Shown here: piece after piece, positions 36,803-48,000 of the stretch | Layout: each line of letters starts with the position of its first letter | Position numbering within the stretch: the stretch's first letter is position 1 | Source of the DNA: Saccostrea cucullata | Taxonomy: Eukaryota | NCBI RefSeq assembly: GCF_032062105.1 | Contig: NW_026932050.1 | Coordinates: 186,001-250,000, forward strand | Length of the DNA: 64,000 bases | Direction: 5' to 3' | Notes under the pieces: generated by a model | Told to the model about the DNA's origin: nothing | What the model saw: the letters and a program-made list of their open reading frames with translations, nothing else | Databases searched by the model: none | Made by a program: the position numbers and the translations under genes

Positions 36803-39800
36803 ATGACGAGTTTTCAGCCTTGTGATGAAGATCGAGGTGTTTGTATCAGGTAAAAATATGCCTTAAGATTAAAAGAATTTAAATTTTCATTTGATATGGT
36901 TGTTAGAGATTAAGTTGTTTCCGTATTGGTTCCCTTTTGCTTATGGCAGACAGATTTAATTTATATAGCAGACGACCTACTTCTTCTAACGTCAAGAACC
37001 CCCTTAAATTTTAATGCATTTATCGGAAAGATTGCAATGTTCACTCGGTTTCTGTCAAAAGGTTTTTTGTATAACTGTCAGAAAATATTATTTGAGTTTC
37101 TAGAGATGGAAGCCAATGTTGACAGGACCGATATTTCGTGTTGGGTATAGTGTGTTTACGTGAAGCTAGATTTATCTGAGTGAATCACATGAGAGGAGTG
37201 TTGTCTTTCTGATGAAAGAACACCCTCACTTGGCACTGAGATGGTTTCCCTTTGAGATTCCTCCGTCATTAAAATACTCGCCAACCTCTTGTAATTAGGT
37301 GCAATAAATTTAAGTTATCTAAAGAAGAAAGATAACTTGTGATTATATATACAGAGGGGAACGATACTAGGTAGGGAGAGCTAGATATTTAAACAAGCAG
37401 AACTTGTTCTTATGATTTCGTATGTAGCTGTGTATTTCGTATGAATCTCATAAATATTTTGAACAGCTTGAAAAATATTCGGTCGTGAAATATTACTAAT
37501 TAAGATAAATCACGAACGTCATGGGAAACATTTTAAAAACACAATATAATTATGAAAATCATAATTATTATTGAATCTGTTTAATTTGATTTCACTGAAA
37601 ATTTTCATCTTTTAATGTATATAAATTATACAGGGAGTAAAATACCCACGTGTCTGAAAATAATATTTGAAATTTTAGTATATACAGTGAACGAATTCAA
37701 GAATTTTGGAAATGTTTTCTTTAGTACAATTATTTTCTATGGATGTAATTCTTTTATTACGAGCCATGTATACATATGAGTTTCTACATTTTAGTAATAG
37801 AATATGTACATAGTCTGTTTGTAATACAATGTAGAATAATGATACTCCTATAAATATTTAATCTTTATTGATTGATGGCGTTGAATCTGGGTTTTTTTTC
37901 TAGTCTGTGCCCTTTTCTCACTTTGACTTCCTACAGTATACTTTCTCCCAATAGAATTATTAGATAATAAACATGTACTTGTAAATGGCATTTTATACCA
38001 TACACTCTATTAACACCACGTAATGTAATTGTATTGAACTTTATTAAAGTCACGATTTTCTATTCAGTCTCCAGGAAGCCGTGGTGACGGGAGATGAACA
38101 GAGGGTAAAGGACATTCTACAGACGTATCTTCCTCCTAAAGAGCAGCTGAAGAGTTGTCTTTTCTTTGCCTGCGGAAGTGGAAAGGCAAACTGTGCCGCC
38201 CTTATTCTAGAGAACAGCAGATTCTCCCCTAATATACACAATGACGAAGAATTTACCCTCCTTACGCTCTCCACTAGGGGCGGTCACGCTTCAGTTGTCG
38301 ATATGTTATTACGTTGGGACGCTGACGTCAGCATGGCTGGACCAATGGGAAACACGCCTCTACATTACGCCTGCAGCGAAGGCTATATAGAATGCTGTAA
38401 TATGCTTTTGGCTGCGGGAGCCAATGTTAATGCAAAAAATTCCCGCACAGATACGCCCTTGATTGTGGCTTCAGCTAATGGCCATATAGGAATCGTCCGG
38501 TGTCTTCTGGGTAAAAATGTTTCCGTGCGTCGCCGTGGTTACCATGACAGAACTGCACTTCATTGTGCCACAGAAAATGGCCACATAGAAATCTGTCGGC
38601 TGCTGCTGGACGCCAAGGCCGATCTAGAGGAAGAAGATACGTTTGGTAACACTCCTTTAGTCTGCGCAGCGGAGATGGGATACGTTGAAGTCATGAGACT
38701 ATTATTATCGTATGGATGTGACGTCAACCGCATGAGCCACAGTGCTGCAACGGCGCTACATTTTGCAGCGCAACATGGCGATTTAGAGTGCTGCCGTCTG
38801 TTGCTTGATGCACGCGCAGAAATTGATGCCCAAGACATTCGACGTTTCACGCCTGTCATGATGGCGGCATTGTATGGTCATGAGCACATTGTTAACTTTC
38901 TAATCGAACGGAGATGTAACGTCAATATGGCTGCTTATAACAAACGGACAGCTCTACACTGGGCGTCAGAAAGGGGGAGTTTGAAGTGCTGTGAAGCTCT
39001 TCTAAAGTCGGGTGCTAATATTGATGCCCAGGATACCCTAGGATGTACCCCTATCTACAACGCAGCAGTAAAAGGACAGACTGAAGTTCTAAAATTTCTG
39101 ATAGAAAAAGGCGCAGATCTGAATAAAACACCAAATAATGGTAATTCGTTGCTGCATTTTGCGGCCACTGGTGGAAGTGTTCCGTGTTGTCAGGAAATAA
39201 TACGCGCGGGCTTCAGTGTTGATATTCAGAAACAAGACGGAATGACTCCGTTGATATCAGCGGTGAATTACAAACAAATACAAGCTGTCAAGTTCTTCCT
39301 GGACGCTGGTGCTGATACGAACGTCCGCGGACTACACGGTATGACGGCACTTAACGAAGCCGTGTTTTACAACAGCCCGCAGCTTGTGGCCATCTTATTG
39401 GAACATGGGGCGGATCCAAATGTTGGAGACGACGCGGGCACGTTACCATTATGGTTTGCTGTGGACGGATTCAGCATAGAATCGGTTAAACTACTTTTAC
39501 GGGCAAACTGCAAGTTTGGGACCCAGTCATCTTTGAGTAACTACTGCGGACCCTGTAACCCAATCGAACACGCTGTTCACAAGAAGAAGGAACAGGTGCT
39601 CCGCTTGCTAGTCAGTGCTTACTGTGAGGAAGCAGTCAATATATTGAAGAACCACCTCCCAACTCTTGAAAAAATGACAACTATAGAAGACGAAATGAAA
39701 AACAAAGTTCGTGAAATATCCAGCTCTCCAAGACCTTTGATGGAACACTGCCGTAGAGGAATCCGAAAAACGTTTGGAAGTGGCGGGAAAATCCAGGATA

Positions 39801-39871
39801 ATATTAAACTTCTGAAACTCCCAACAGCATTACGGGAGTATCTGTTGTTTAGTGACTTTGACATTGACTAA
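36803..39871 (+). CDS. Ankyrin repeat and SOCS box protein (ASB-like, ~616 aa)
   Basis: Exons 36803-36849 (MTSFQPCDEDRGVCI, phase 2) and 38068-39871. About 14 ankyrin repeats (GNTPLHYAC, RTALHCAT, ATALHFAA, RTALHWAS...). C-terminal SOCS box PRPLMEHCRRGIRKTFG...LKLPTALREYLLF. Confidence 0.92.
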
Positions 39872-41449
39872 AGCATCATTAATAGTCATATTTATATTAT
39901 TTATTGCTATATTAACAAAAAACTGTTATTTTTTAACTATTCGTTATTTTATAAATATGAATGTTGTGTTTTTGCTCAGTATCACTTTACAAATGTATCA
40001 ATTACGAAATGGAGATATTTTATAACACATATTTTATATTGACTATTGTTGGACACTATATGTGCTTAGCTTCCCCACATTGTTTAGGGAACACGATAAA
40101 ATAAACAATGCATGTATACAAGTTTTATTTTTATGCCATATATCTTAACGAATACTCTAATCGTCATTTGATTTTTTATCGAACTCAGCTATGCAGGCAC
40201 AGCGAAATTTCTGAAAGACGATAGACCATTAAAAAACTAGTGCTTTCATTATTTAAAGGAACCTTTGATCTTCTACCGCAAAAAATCTTATTACTAAAAT
40301 TAGATTTCCAAATCCATCACATGTACAGTCTAATAAAACAAATAGAAATCATGTCTTTGATTTGGAAAGGGGAGGGGGGGATCCCCGTTTTTGAGATCTT
40401 GACTGAAAGGGATCTCAGGTGAGTCTTGTGGTTCATGACCATCTTCAGTTTAAACACAAAATTATGAAAGGTTTGCAAACACATTTTATGCCCCAACAAT
40501 CGAAGTTTCGGAGGTATAGAATTTCTGCACAAACGCGGATCCAGTAGTTGAAGTTAGAGTGGGCGCCAAAAGTAGGCAAGGGGTCTGGGGGCCGCCTTGA
40601 GGCCCCAAGTGGGTCCAGGACAAAGCCCCCGGAATCTCCTGGGTTCTAGAGATTTTGTAGGGTAAAAATGAGGTCTACCAAGTAGACATATTTACATTTT
40701 CTAGACGAAACTGTGATTTACGTTAACTTTGACAATGTTAGGGGCGCGCGCCGGATGCGCCCCTTCCCTTAAATCCGCCACTGCTGCAGTCTGTCTGTTT
40801 GTCTATCTGCTTTTCCACAAAACTTTTAACATTGCTCACAACTTTTGAGTGGATGGAACTATGACTTTCATATTTCACAAGTTTATTCATCGAAACAAGA
40901 CCTTTCTTTGGGTACCACCAAATTCGACTTTGACCTTGGGAGTTTGACACACTTTCACAAATATTACTCTTTAACCTTGCCTATATCTTTAACAGTTGGT
41001 GCAAGTGCTTTCATACTTCACATGTATATTAATTGTTACAAGTCTTTTCATTGGGACATTGGGTAAATATATTTTTGACCTTAACAATAGAGTTTGGACC
41101 ACTTATTAAAAACTTCAGTCTTGGCTATACCTTTTCAACTATTAGCACTTGTGCTTTCGTATTTCATGTGTATTCCTTATGACAAGACCTTCCTTTGGGT
41201 ACCAATAATTTTGAAATGTTTCCATTAATAGTTACAGATTTCCAATTTTAGATATCTTTAAATTCTACTGTGTCTACAGAGGGTTTTTTTCATGGCCAAT
41301 ATACAAGGCAGAATTTACTGGATATTTAGTTGAAATTCAGCAGAATCCACTATATTGACGTCCCAAAATTCCTTGCACAATTATAAACAACATATTCCTC
41401 TATTTCAACAAAGATATCTGAACATTACATTTTACATTAAGTTTCCTTG

Positions 41450-41573
41450 TGTAACAGGAAGGGAGAAAATGATGTGGCTGGACTGGTAATCAAACCCGGG
41501 ACCCCTGCATCTCTAGTCAGGTGCTCTACCAACTGAGCTATCCAGGCTGATATCTACGGCTCAAACCATTACA
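41450..41573 (-). mobile_element. 124-bp solo LTR containing a tRNA-like sequence (Helenus-type non-autonomous LTR element)
   Basis: TGTAA...TTACA ends with 4-bp TSD CTTG (41446-41449, 41574-41577). Minus strand 41547-41475 reads GCCTGGATAGCTCAGTTGGTAGAGC...GGTTTGATTACCAGTCCAGCCA: A box intact, B box degenerate. Confidence 0.75.
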
Positions 41574-42480
41574 CTTGTAACCATGCATGATTGTAAATAA
41601 ACAAGATAAGGTCAATTTGGTGATATGATTTTAATAGAAAACAATGATAATCATTACATGTATCATGGATTTCTGGTATAACATGCAAAATGAAGATAAT
41701 GAAAATGATTTATATGATCAATGTAAAAAATGGCATTTGTAATTTCAAATCATTCAACACAACTGCCATTCATAGATTCTAATGAAGCACTGATTTGAAA
41801 AAAAAGTGCATACTTTCAAGTTTATAGAATAGTTTATAAAAACTTAACAACTTGGAACAAAATAGACATGATGCGTCTTTATCCTATAAACTCACAAATC
41901 AACACAAACATTCATCTCCAGAGCTTTGATAGAGTAATCCTAAAATGGCTTTCTGTCATGTCTAGTCATCACAACACAAGACCTAACAAACAAAACACTG
42001 AGATCTTCAACTTCACGGCTGACAATAATTATACCACGATTAAATGTTCACATCTTTCCGCAACAGTCATCGTGGATGCCGACATCTAACACTGTAACAA
42101 TTATATCATGGTTATCATCTCGCGTGTCTTCATTAATTTCATCTAAAACCCAAAAGTCACTCCCATGTACATTTTCACAATTTTACCACACTTATGGCCT
42201 CATATTTCCCCATTGCACTCTTCTACAATCTCAAAGACATTGCCATCAGTACCATGTACATTTTCACAACTATACCATGGAAATTGTCTCACTACATCAC
42301 TCATCTACATCCTCGAAGTCACCGCCAACATATACATAGTAACAATTATACCACATTTATTGTCACGCATATCCCCATAACAATCTTTTTAATCATGACA
42401 CGGTTGAGAAGAAGATTTTTAAAGATTTTTCCTATATATTCCTATGTAAAACTTTGATCTCATTTTGGCCCCACCACGTC

Positions 42481-43705
42481 TCACGTTTCCTCTTCACATT
42501 CGTCCACGACCTCGAAGTCGCTGCCCATCGTCCCACTCAGGATGCTCTCTTGATCTTTAAAATCAAACAAGTAACAAAATCAGAACTTTTAAATAATATT
42601 TTAATCTTCGATTTCTCAATTATAAAAATTTTGTTTTAAAAGTTTACTCCAATCAAAAGTTTGTCATGCTTTTCTAGATTTAGTTAATGAAGTCATAAAA
42701 AAGATAAAATTATATATTCAGCATTTCCTATAGTTCTTGCTAATACATGTACTGAAAAAAGCTAGAATTGGTGAAAAATTGAAAAAAATAATTAGGAATT
42801 AATTTTCCTCTTCATAACTATACAAGGTATACATATTATCAATGAAAACAAAGGCTAAAATGTAATGTAAATAACTTAATCCAAAACAACAGAACAGTGA
42901 AGTGAAACAAAATCTCATAATATACCCTCAACAACAAAGAATCCATTGAATCTCATGCAACCATTTTCCTATCAAACAGAGCATGCAGGTAAATAAAACA
43001 TTTAGCTGACAGGTGTCGTACATGGATACCTACCAAAACTGGACATCCACTCCTTTAGACCTGGCAATATTTTACAATATCTCTGATTTATCTTCTATAT
43101 TAATTAAAATATAACTAAATAACTTCAACTCCACTGATTTAATGCTAACAATGTTACTTGAGGGGAATACTGACTCTACAGGCTTTAAATGTGCTTCCCT
43201 TACTCAAGTTTTTAAAAAAAAAAAAATGTAGAAATGAAAGTGAGGATTTCAAAACACACAGGTTGTCTTCATATCGTAATTTGAAAGGATTTGTTTTAAA
43301 AAAAAGCAGACTCAAATTTTAGCAAAAAGCTCATGGCAAGAATTAGTTTTTGCTGCAATCATGATCATATTTATCTCTAAACAAGAGGCCCAGGGGCCAC
43401 AGCGCTCACCTGAGCACATCAGGCTTGAATTTACTCCCCCCCCCCCTCCAGGCGTTCATCATTTGAACAAACATTTTTTGCAGTGAATGACATTTTACCT
43501 CAACAATAGTGAATCTACACTACCTGAGGATGATTCCATATAAATATCACTAATCATAGCTTTGAAGTACTTGTAAAGAAGATTTTAAAAGGTTTCCCTA
43601 TATATCCCTATATAAAACTTGGGTCGGCCATTTTGGCCCCACCCTAGCCCCGGGGGTCATGATTTGAACAAACTTGAATCTGCACTACCTGAGTTTTATC
43701 TTTCC

Positions 43706-43739
<34 letters not shown>

Positions 43740-43871
43740 GATTTTTCCTATATATTCCTGTGTAAAACTTGGGTCGCCCATTTTGGCCCCACCCTAGCCC
43801 CGAGGGTCATGATTTGAACAAACTTAAATCTGCTCTACCTGAGGATGATTCCATATGAGTTTCATCTTTCC

Positions 43872-43905
<34 letters not shown>

Positions 43906-44524
43906 GATTTTTCCTATATATTCCTATGTAAAACTTGGGTTGGCCATTTTGGCCCCACCCTAGCCCCGAGGGTCATGATTTGAACAAACTTAAATCTGCT
44001 CTACCTGAGGATGATTCCATATGAGTTTCATCTTTCCTGGCCCAGTGGTTCTGGAGAAGAAGATTTTAAAAGATTGTTCCTATATATTCCTATGTAAAAC
44101 GTGGGTCGGCCATTTTGGCCCTACCCTTGCCCCCGGGGTCATGATTTGAACAAACTAGAATCTACATTTCCTGAGGATGATTCCACATGAGTTTCATCTT
44201 TCCTGTCCTAGTGGTTCTGGAGAAGAAGTTTTTCTTATATATTCCTATGTAAAACTTGGGTCGACCATTTTGGCCCCACCCTTGCCCCCGGGGTCATGAT
44301 TTGAACAAACTTAAATCTGCTCTACCTGAGGATGATTCCACATGAGTTTCATCTTTCCTGGCCCAGTGGTTATGGAGAAGAAGATTTTTAAAGATTTTTC
44401 CTATATATTCCTATGTAAAACTTGGATCGGCCATTTTGGCCCCACCCTTGCCCCGGGGGTCATGATTTGAACAAACTTGAATCCACACTACCTGAGGATG
44501 ATTCCATATGAGTTTCATCTTTCC

Positions 44525-44558
<34 letters not shown>

Positions 44559-44760
44559 GATTTTTCCTATATATTCCTATGTAAAACTTGGGTGTCGGCC
44601 ATTTTGGCCCCACCCTATGCCCCAGGGGTCAGTGATTTGACACAAACTTGAATCCACACTACCTGAGGATGATTCCACATGAGTTTCATTTTTCCTGGCC
44701 CAGAATTCTTCTGGAGAAGAAGATTTTTTAAAAATGCCATTAATTTTTAACAAATTCATG

Positions 44761-44792
<32 letters not shown>

Positions 44793-44821
44793 GATTTGAA
44801 CAAACTTGAATCCCCTTCACT

Positions 44822-44905
<84 letters not shown>

Positions 44906-44951
44906 AACAACGACAACGACAACGACAACAACGACAACGACAACGACGACA

Positions 44952-45013
<62 letters not shown>

Positions 45014-48000
45014 TCAATTTAATGCTTATATTTATGAATAGAGACATGAAAGGTTGTGCAAAATATGAATGCTAGTGTACCGTGTATATAAAGTATTTGG
45101 GGATGGAATTTAATCATGCATTTGAAAAATGCTTAGACATATTATAGAGTATGAAAAGGAAACTGAATGTGCTTAAAATTACAAAAACTGCACAAAAAAT
45201 TTGATCAAGTGCATTTTTTTTTAAATCTAGAACTGAAATAATTTCCTTATCAACTAATACATACTTGTAATTTTACTCAATTAGCTGTGAACTAGTGTTA
45301 TTTCATAGCTATACTTCATAAGTACCCATAATGTAACAATAACAATGTATTTTTATCTTTTTACTTTATACTTCAGGGATGCGACAATGTTTCTCCCTTT
45401 CTATTAATTGATGCTTTACTCACCACTTTCTATGCCGTTGCTGTGCATCAGTTCGTCCACGATGTTCCCCACCTCCTCATCGTTCATCCCTCCCCCGTCG
45501 GTCACGTCCTCGACATCCATCGGCTTCACCCCCAGCTCTGAGAAGCACCCCGCCCCTCCCCGGTCCTGCCCCACAGACAAGACGTCGTCCAGATTTTCTG
45601 ACTCTCCTCCTATCACCCCGTACAGCTGGTCGACATCGCACTCTATATCGCCCTCCAGGTCCTGGTCGTCCTCACCCCCCACCGCGACCTCCACGACGTC
45701 ACCAAGGCTACCCATACTGACCTCGATAACGTCCTCGATCGGCCGACACCGCGCCCGCTGGGACACCCTCATGGTCTCGTTGTACTCGCCATCTCGAGTG
45801 TCGTCGTCACTTATCTCTAACACATCATCATTGTCCATTGTCTCTTCATCGTCTATTATGGTCTTATCATCGTCTTCATCATTAGCTACATCTTCTGACT
45901 CGCAGGTCTGTGGTTCTTGGTTCGAATCTTCCTTCTCTGTGTTGTCTTTAACATTTTCTGACACATTGACCTCTGAAACACTAATAGTCTGGGTGATTTC
46001 AACTGCTGTGTGTTTCTCCTGGTTCGAATCTTCCTTTACCACGTTGTCTCCTGTGTTTTCTGATATACTTACAGTCTCAGTGACTTCGACAGCTGTGCCA
46101 CTCATTGACATCTCAGCTACAGAGGTCTGATTGTCTTCTTGTGATTTTTTGTTAACTGCTATAGAATTCTTTTCCTGTAGACATTTAACCTCTCCTACAT
46201 TCTGAACATCACCTGACATGCTGATTTCAGCCTTAAGTGTCTTATTTTCATCTAGATTTAGTTCCGTTTGTCCTTTCAGCGTATCTTCTTGCTTCATCTT
46301 TTGACCTGGATCACTCTGGCTTTTCTCCACTGTAGTTTGTATGGACTCTGGCATAACAATGTTTTCTAAATCTTGTTTACTATCCATAATGTTTATATCA
46401 CAAGAGCGACTTTTTACATTCTTGTCCTCATTTAGCACTGAATTTTCTGTTTTTTGAGGACTGGGTACTGGTATTGAGCTCAAGTCAGGTAGTAAGTCCT
46501 GTTTATCTGCAGGCTTGGCCTCCTTACTTGGTACCTCTGGGATGGGAATCTGTTTTGAATCAAGGTCAGATATTGCATCCTGTGTCCCTCTGAATTTGTC
46601 CTCCTTCTTCCCTGGCATCTCTGGGACAGGAATCTCTGTAGCAGCGAGGCCAGACGTGGAGTCCTGCTTCTCCACCTCCTCCTTGCTTGGCATCTCTTTG
46701 ACCGGAATCTGTATAGAGCTGAGATCGGGATTTGTGTCCTGCGTAACTCCTGGTTTTTCCTCTTCCTTGCTTGGCATCTCTGGTATTGGAATCTCCATCA
46801 CATTAAGTAGGGCTTCCTGTTTGGCTTTTTCCTCCATTTCCTTTCTTTCCTGCTCTTTCTTTTCCTGCAAGGCCTTCAGAATGTCTTGTGCTGTCACCTG
46901 TTTCTTCTCCATCGCTGATTTATTTTTTTCTGCCTCTGCTGCAGGTACGGCCTTCAGAGGATCTTGCCTGGTGACCGGTGTCCAGGGCGGGAGAAGGGCA
47001 TTCTTTTTTGCAGGTACTTTTCCGACAATTCCAATCTTATTTGCAATCTTAATTTCTATCCCTTTTTTTCCATCTTCCTTTTTCTCACCATCTGCCTTTT
47101 TCTCTGCTTCTTCTACTGAGCTCTGGGTCTGCAGTGGTGGAGAGGCTTCTATTTCCATCTTTGTGGGGAGAGACTTGGGTTCTGGCTTGGGGGCGGGGTT
47201 CGCAGGAGGGGGTTTCTTTAAGGACAGTTTCACTTTGGCTATTTTTGCTGCACTGGACTGAGCATTACTCTGAACGTCTGATAATTCCTCTACTTCTTTT
47301 TCTGACTGCTCAATATTGACAGGGGGAGCTTTTTCTGCAGATTTTATTTCCTTCTCTTTAGAGGCATTTCTTCCAAACAAAGGTCTAGGTCCTTTCTCCT
47401 TCAGATTTTTTTCTTGTTTCTCAGCCAGACCCTTGGCCCGATCGAGCTGCCGTCTTTGTTCGTAGAAAGGACTGTCCTTCAGAAATTTCTGTTGTTAACA
47501 AAAGGTAGAATCAATATACATATAACTCAATATTCTTTACCAGGTCGCTTTTAGCACAGAGTTCATAAAGATAGCAAAGCACATAGTACATGTACCATCA
47601 TTTGTTTCCGTATACCTGGAAAAGGCTATGAATGGGAAAAGTAGGTTTCAGTTTTCACAGAGGATTATCTGTGTACATTAAATAAAAGCCAAATTTTGTA
47701 CATGGTACATCAAAAAAAATTCATTTTCGCCACTTATGAATTTCTTTTCGCCACTTTTGAAAAAAATTCGCAATTGGCGACAATGGCGAATCACAGCTCG
47801 AGCCCTGCCCTGTGCTTTACCTGATAGTTTGACAGGTGGGTTTCAGTTTTCAGGTGAAAGTCTGCACACTGTACATCCCCTGAGAACTCCCGACACAAGA
47901 CACAGTAGAAACCATTGGTTGGGAATAAGAACTCGGGCCCTGAAACACCAAAATCTGGTTTAAGTCAACTCATAAAAATAACTTAAATATTTCACTGCAT

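Noticed and set aside
41475-41547. Functional tRNA gene
   Set aside because: T-loop/B box is degenerate, the anticodon arm is irregular, the acceptor stem has a mismatch, and it is embedded in a TG..CA element with a TSD.
44577-45047. Poly-Val and CRC-repeat ORFs
   Set aside because: Derived from the HINE microsatellite and terminal sequence.
45408-47261. Plus-strand 240-aa and 248-aa Ser-rich ORFs (also 51182-51739 and 32917-33408)
   Set aside because: Antisense shadows of real coding exons.
47612-47680. Possible degenerate copy of the ZNF318 exon-5 donor region
   Set aside because: Only ~17 nt (GT[A/G]GGTTTCAGTTTTCA) plus a TACCTG match. Too weak to call without an alignment test.
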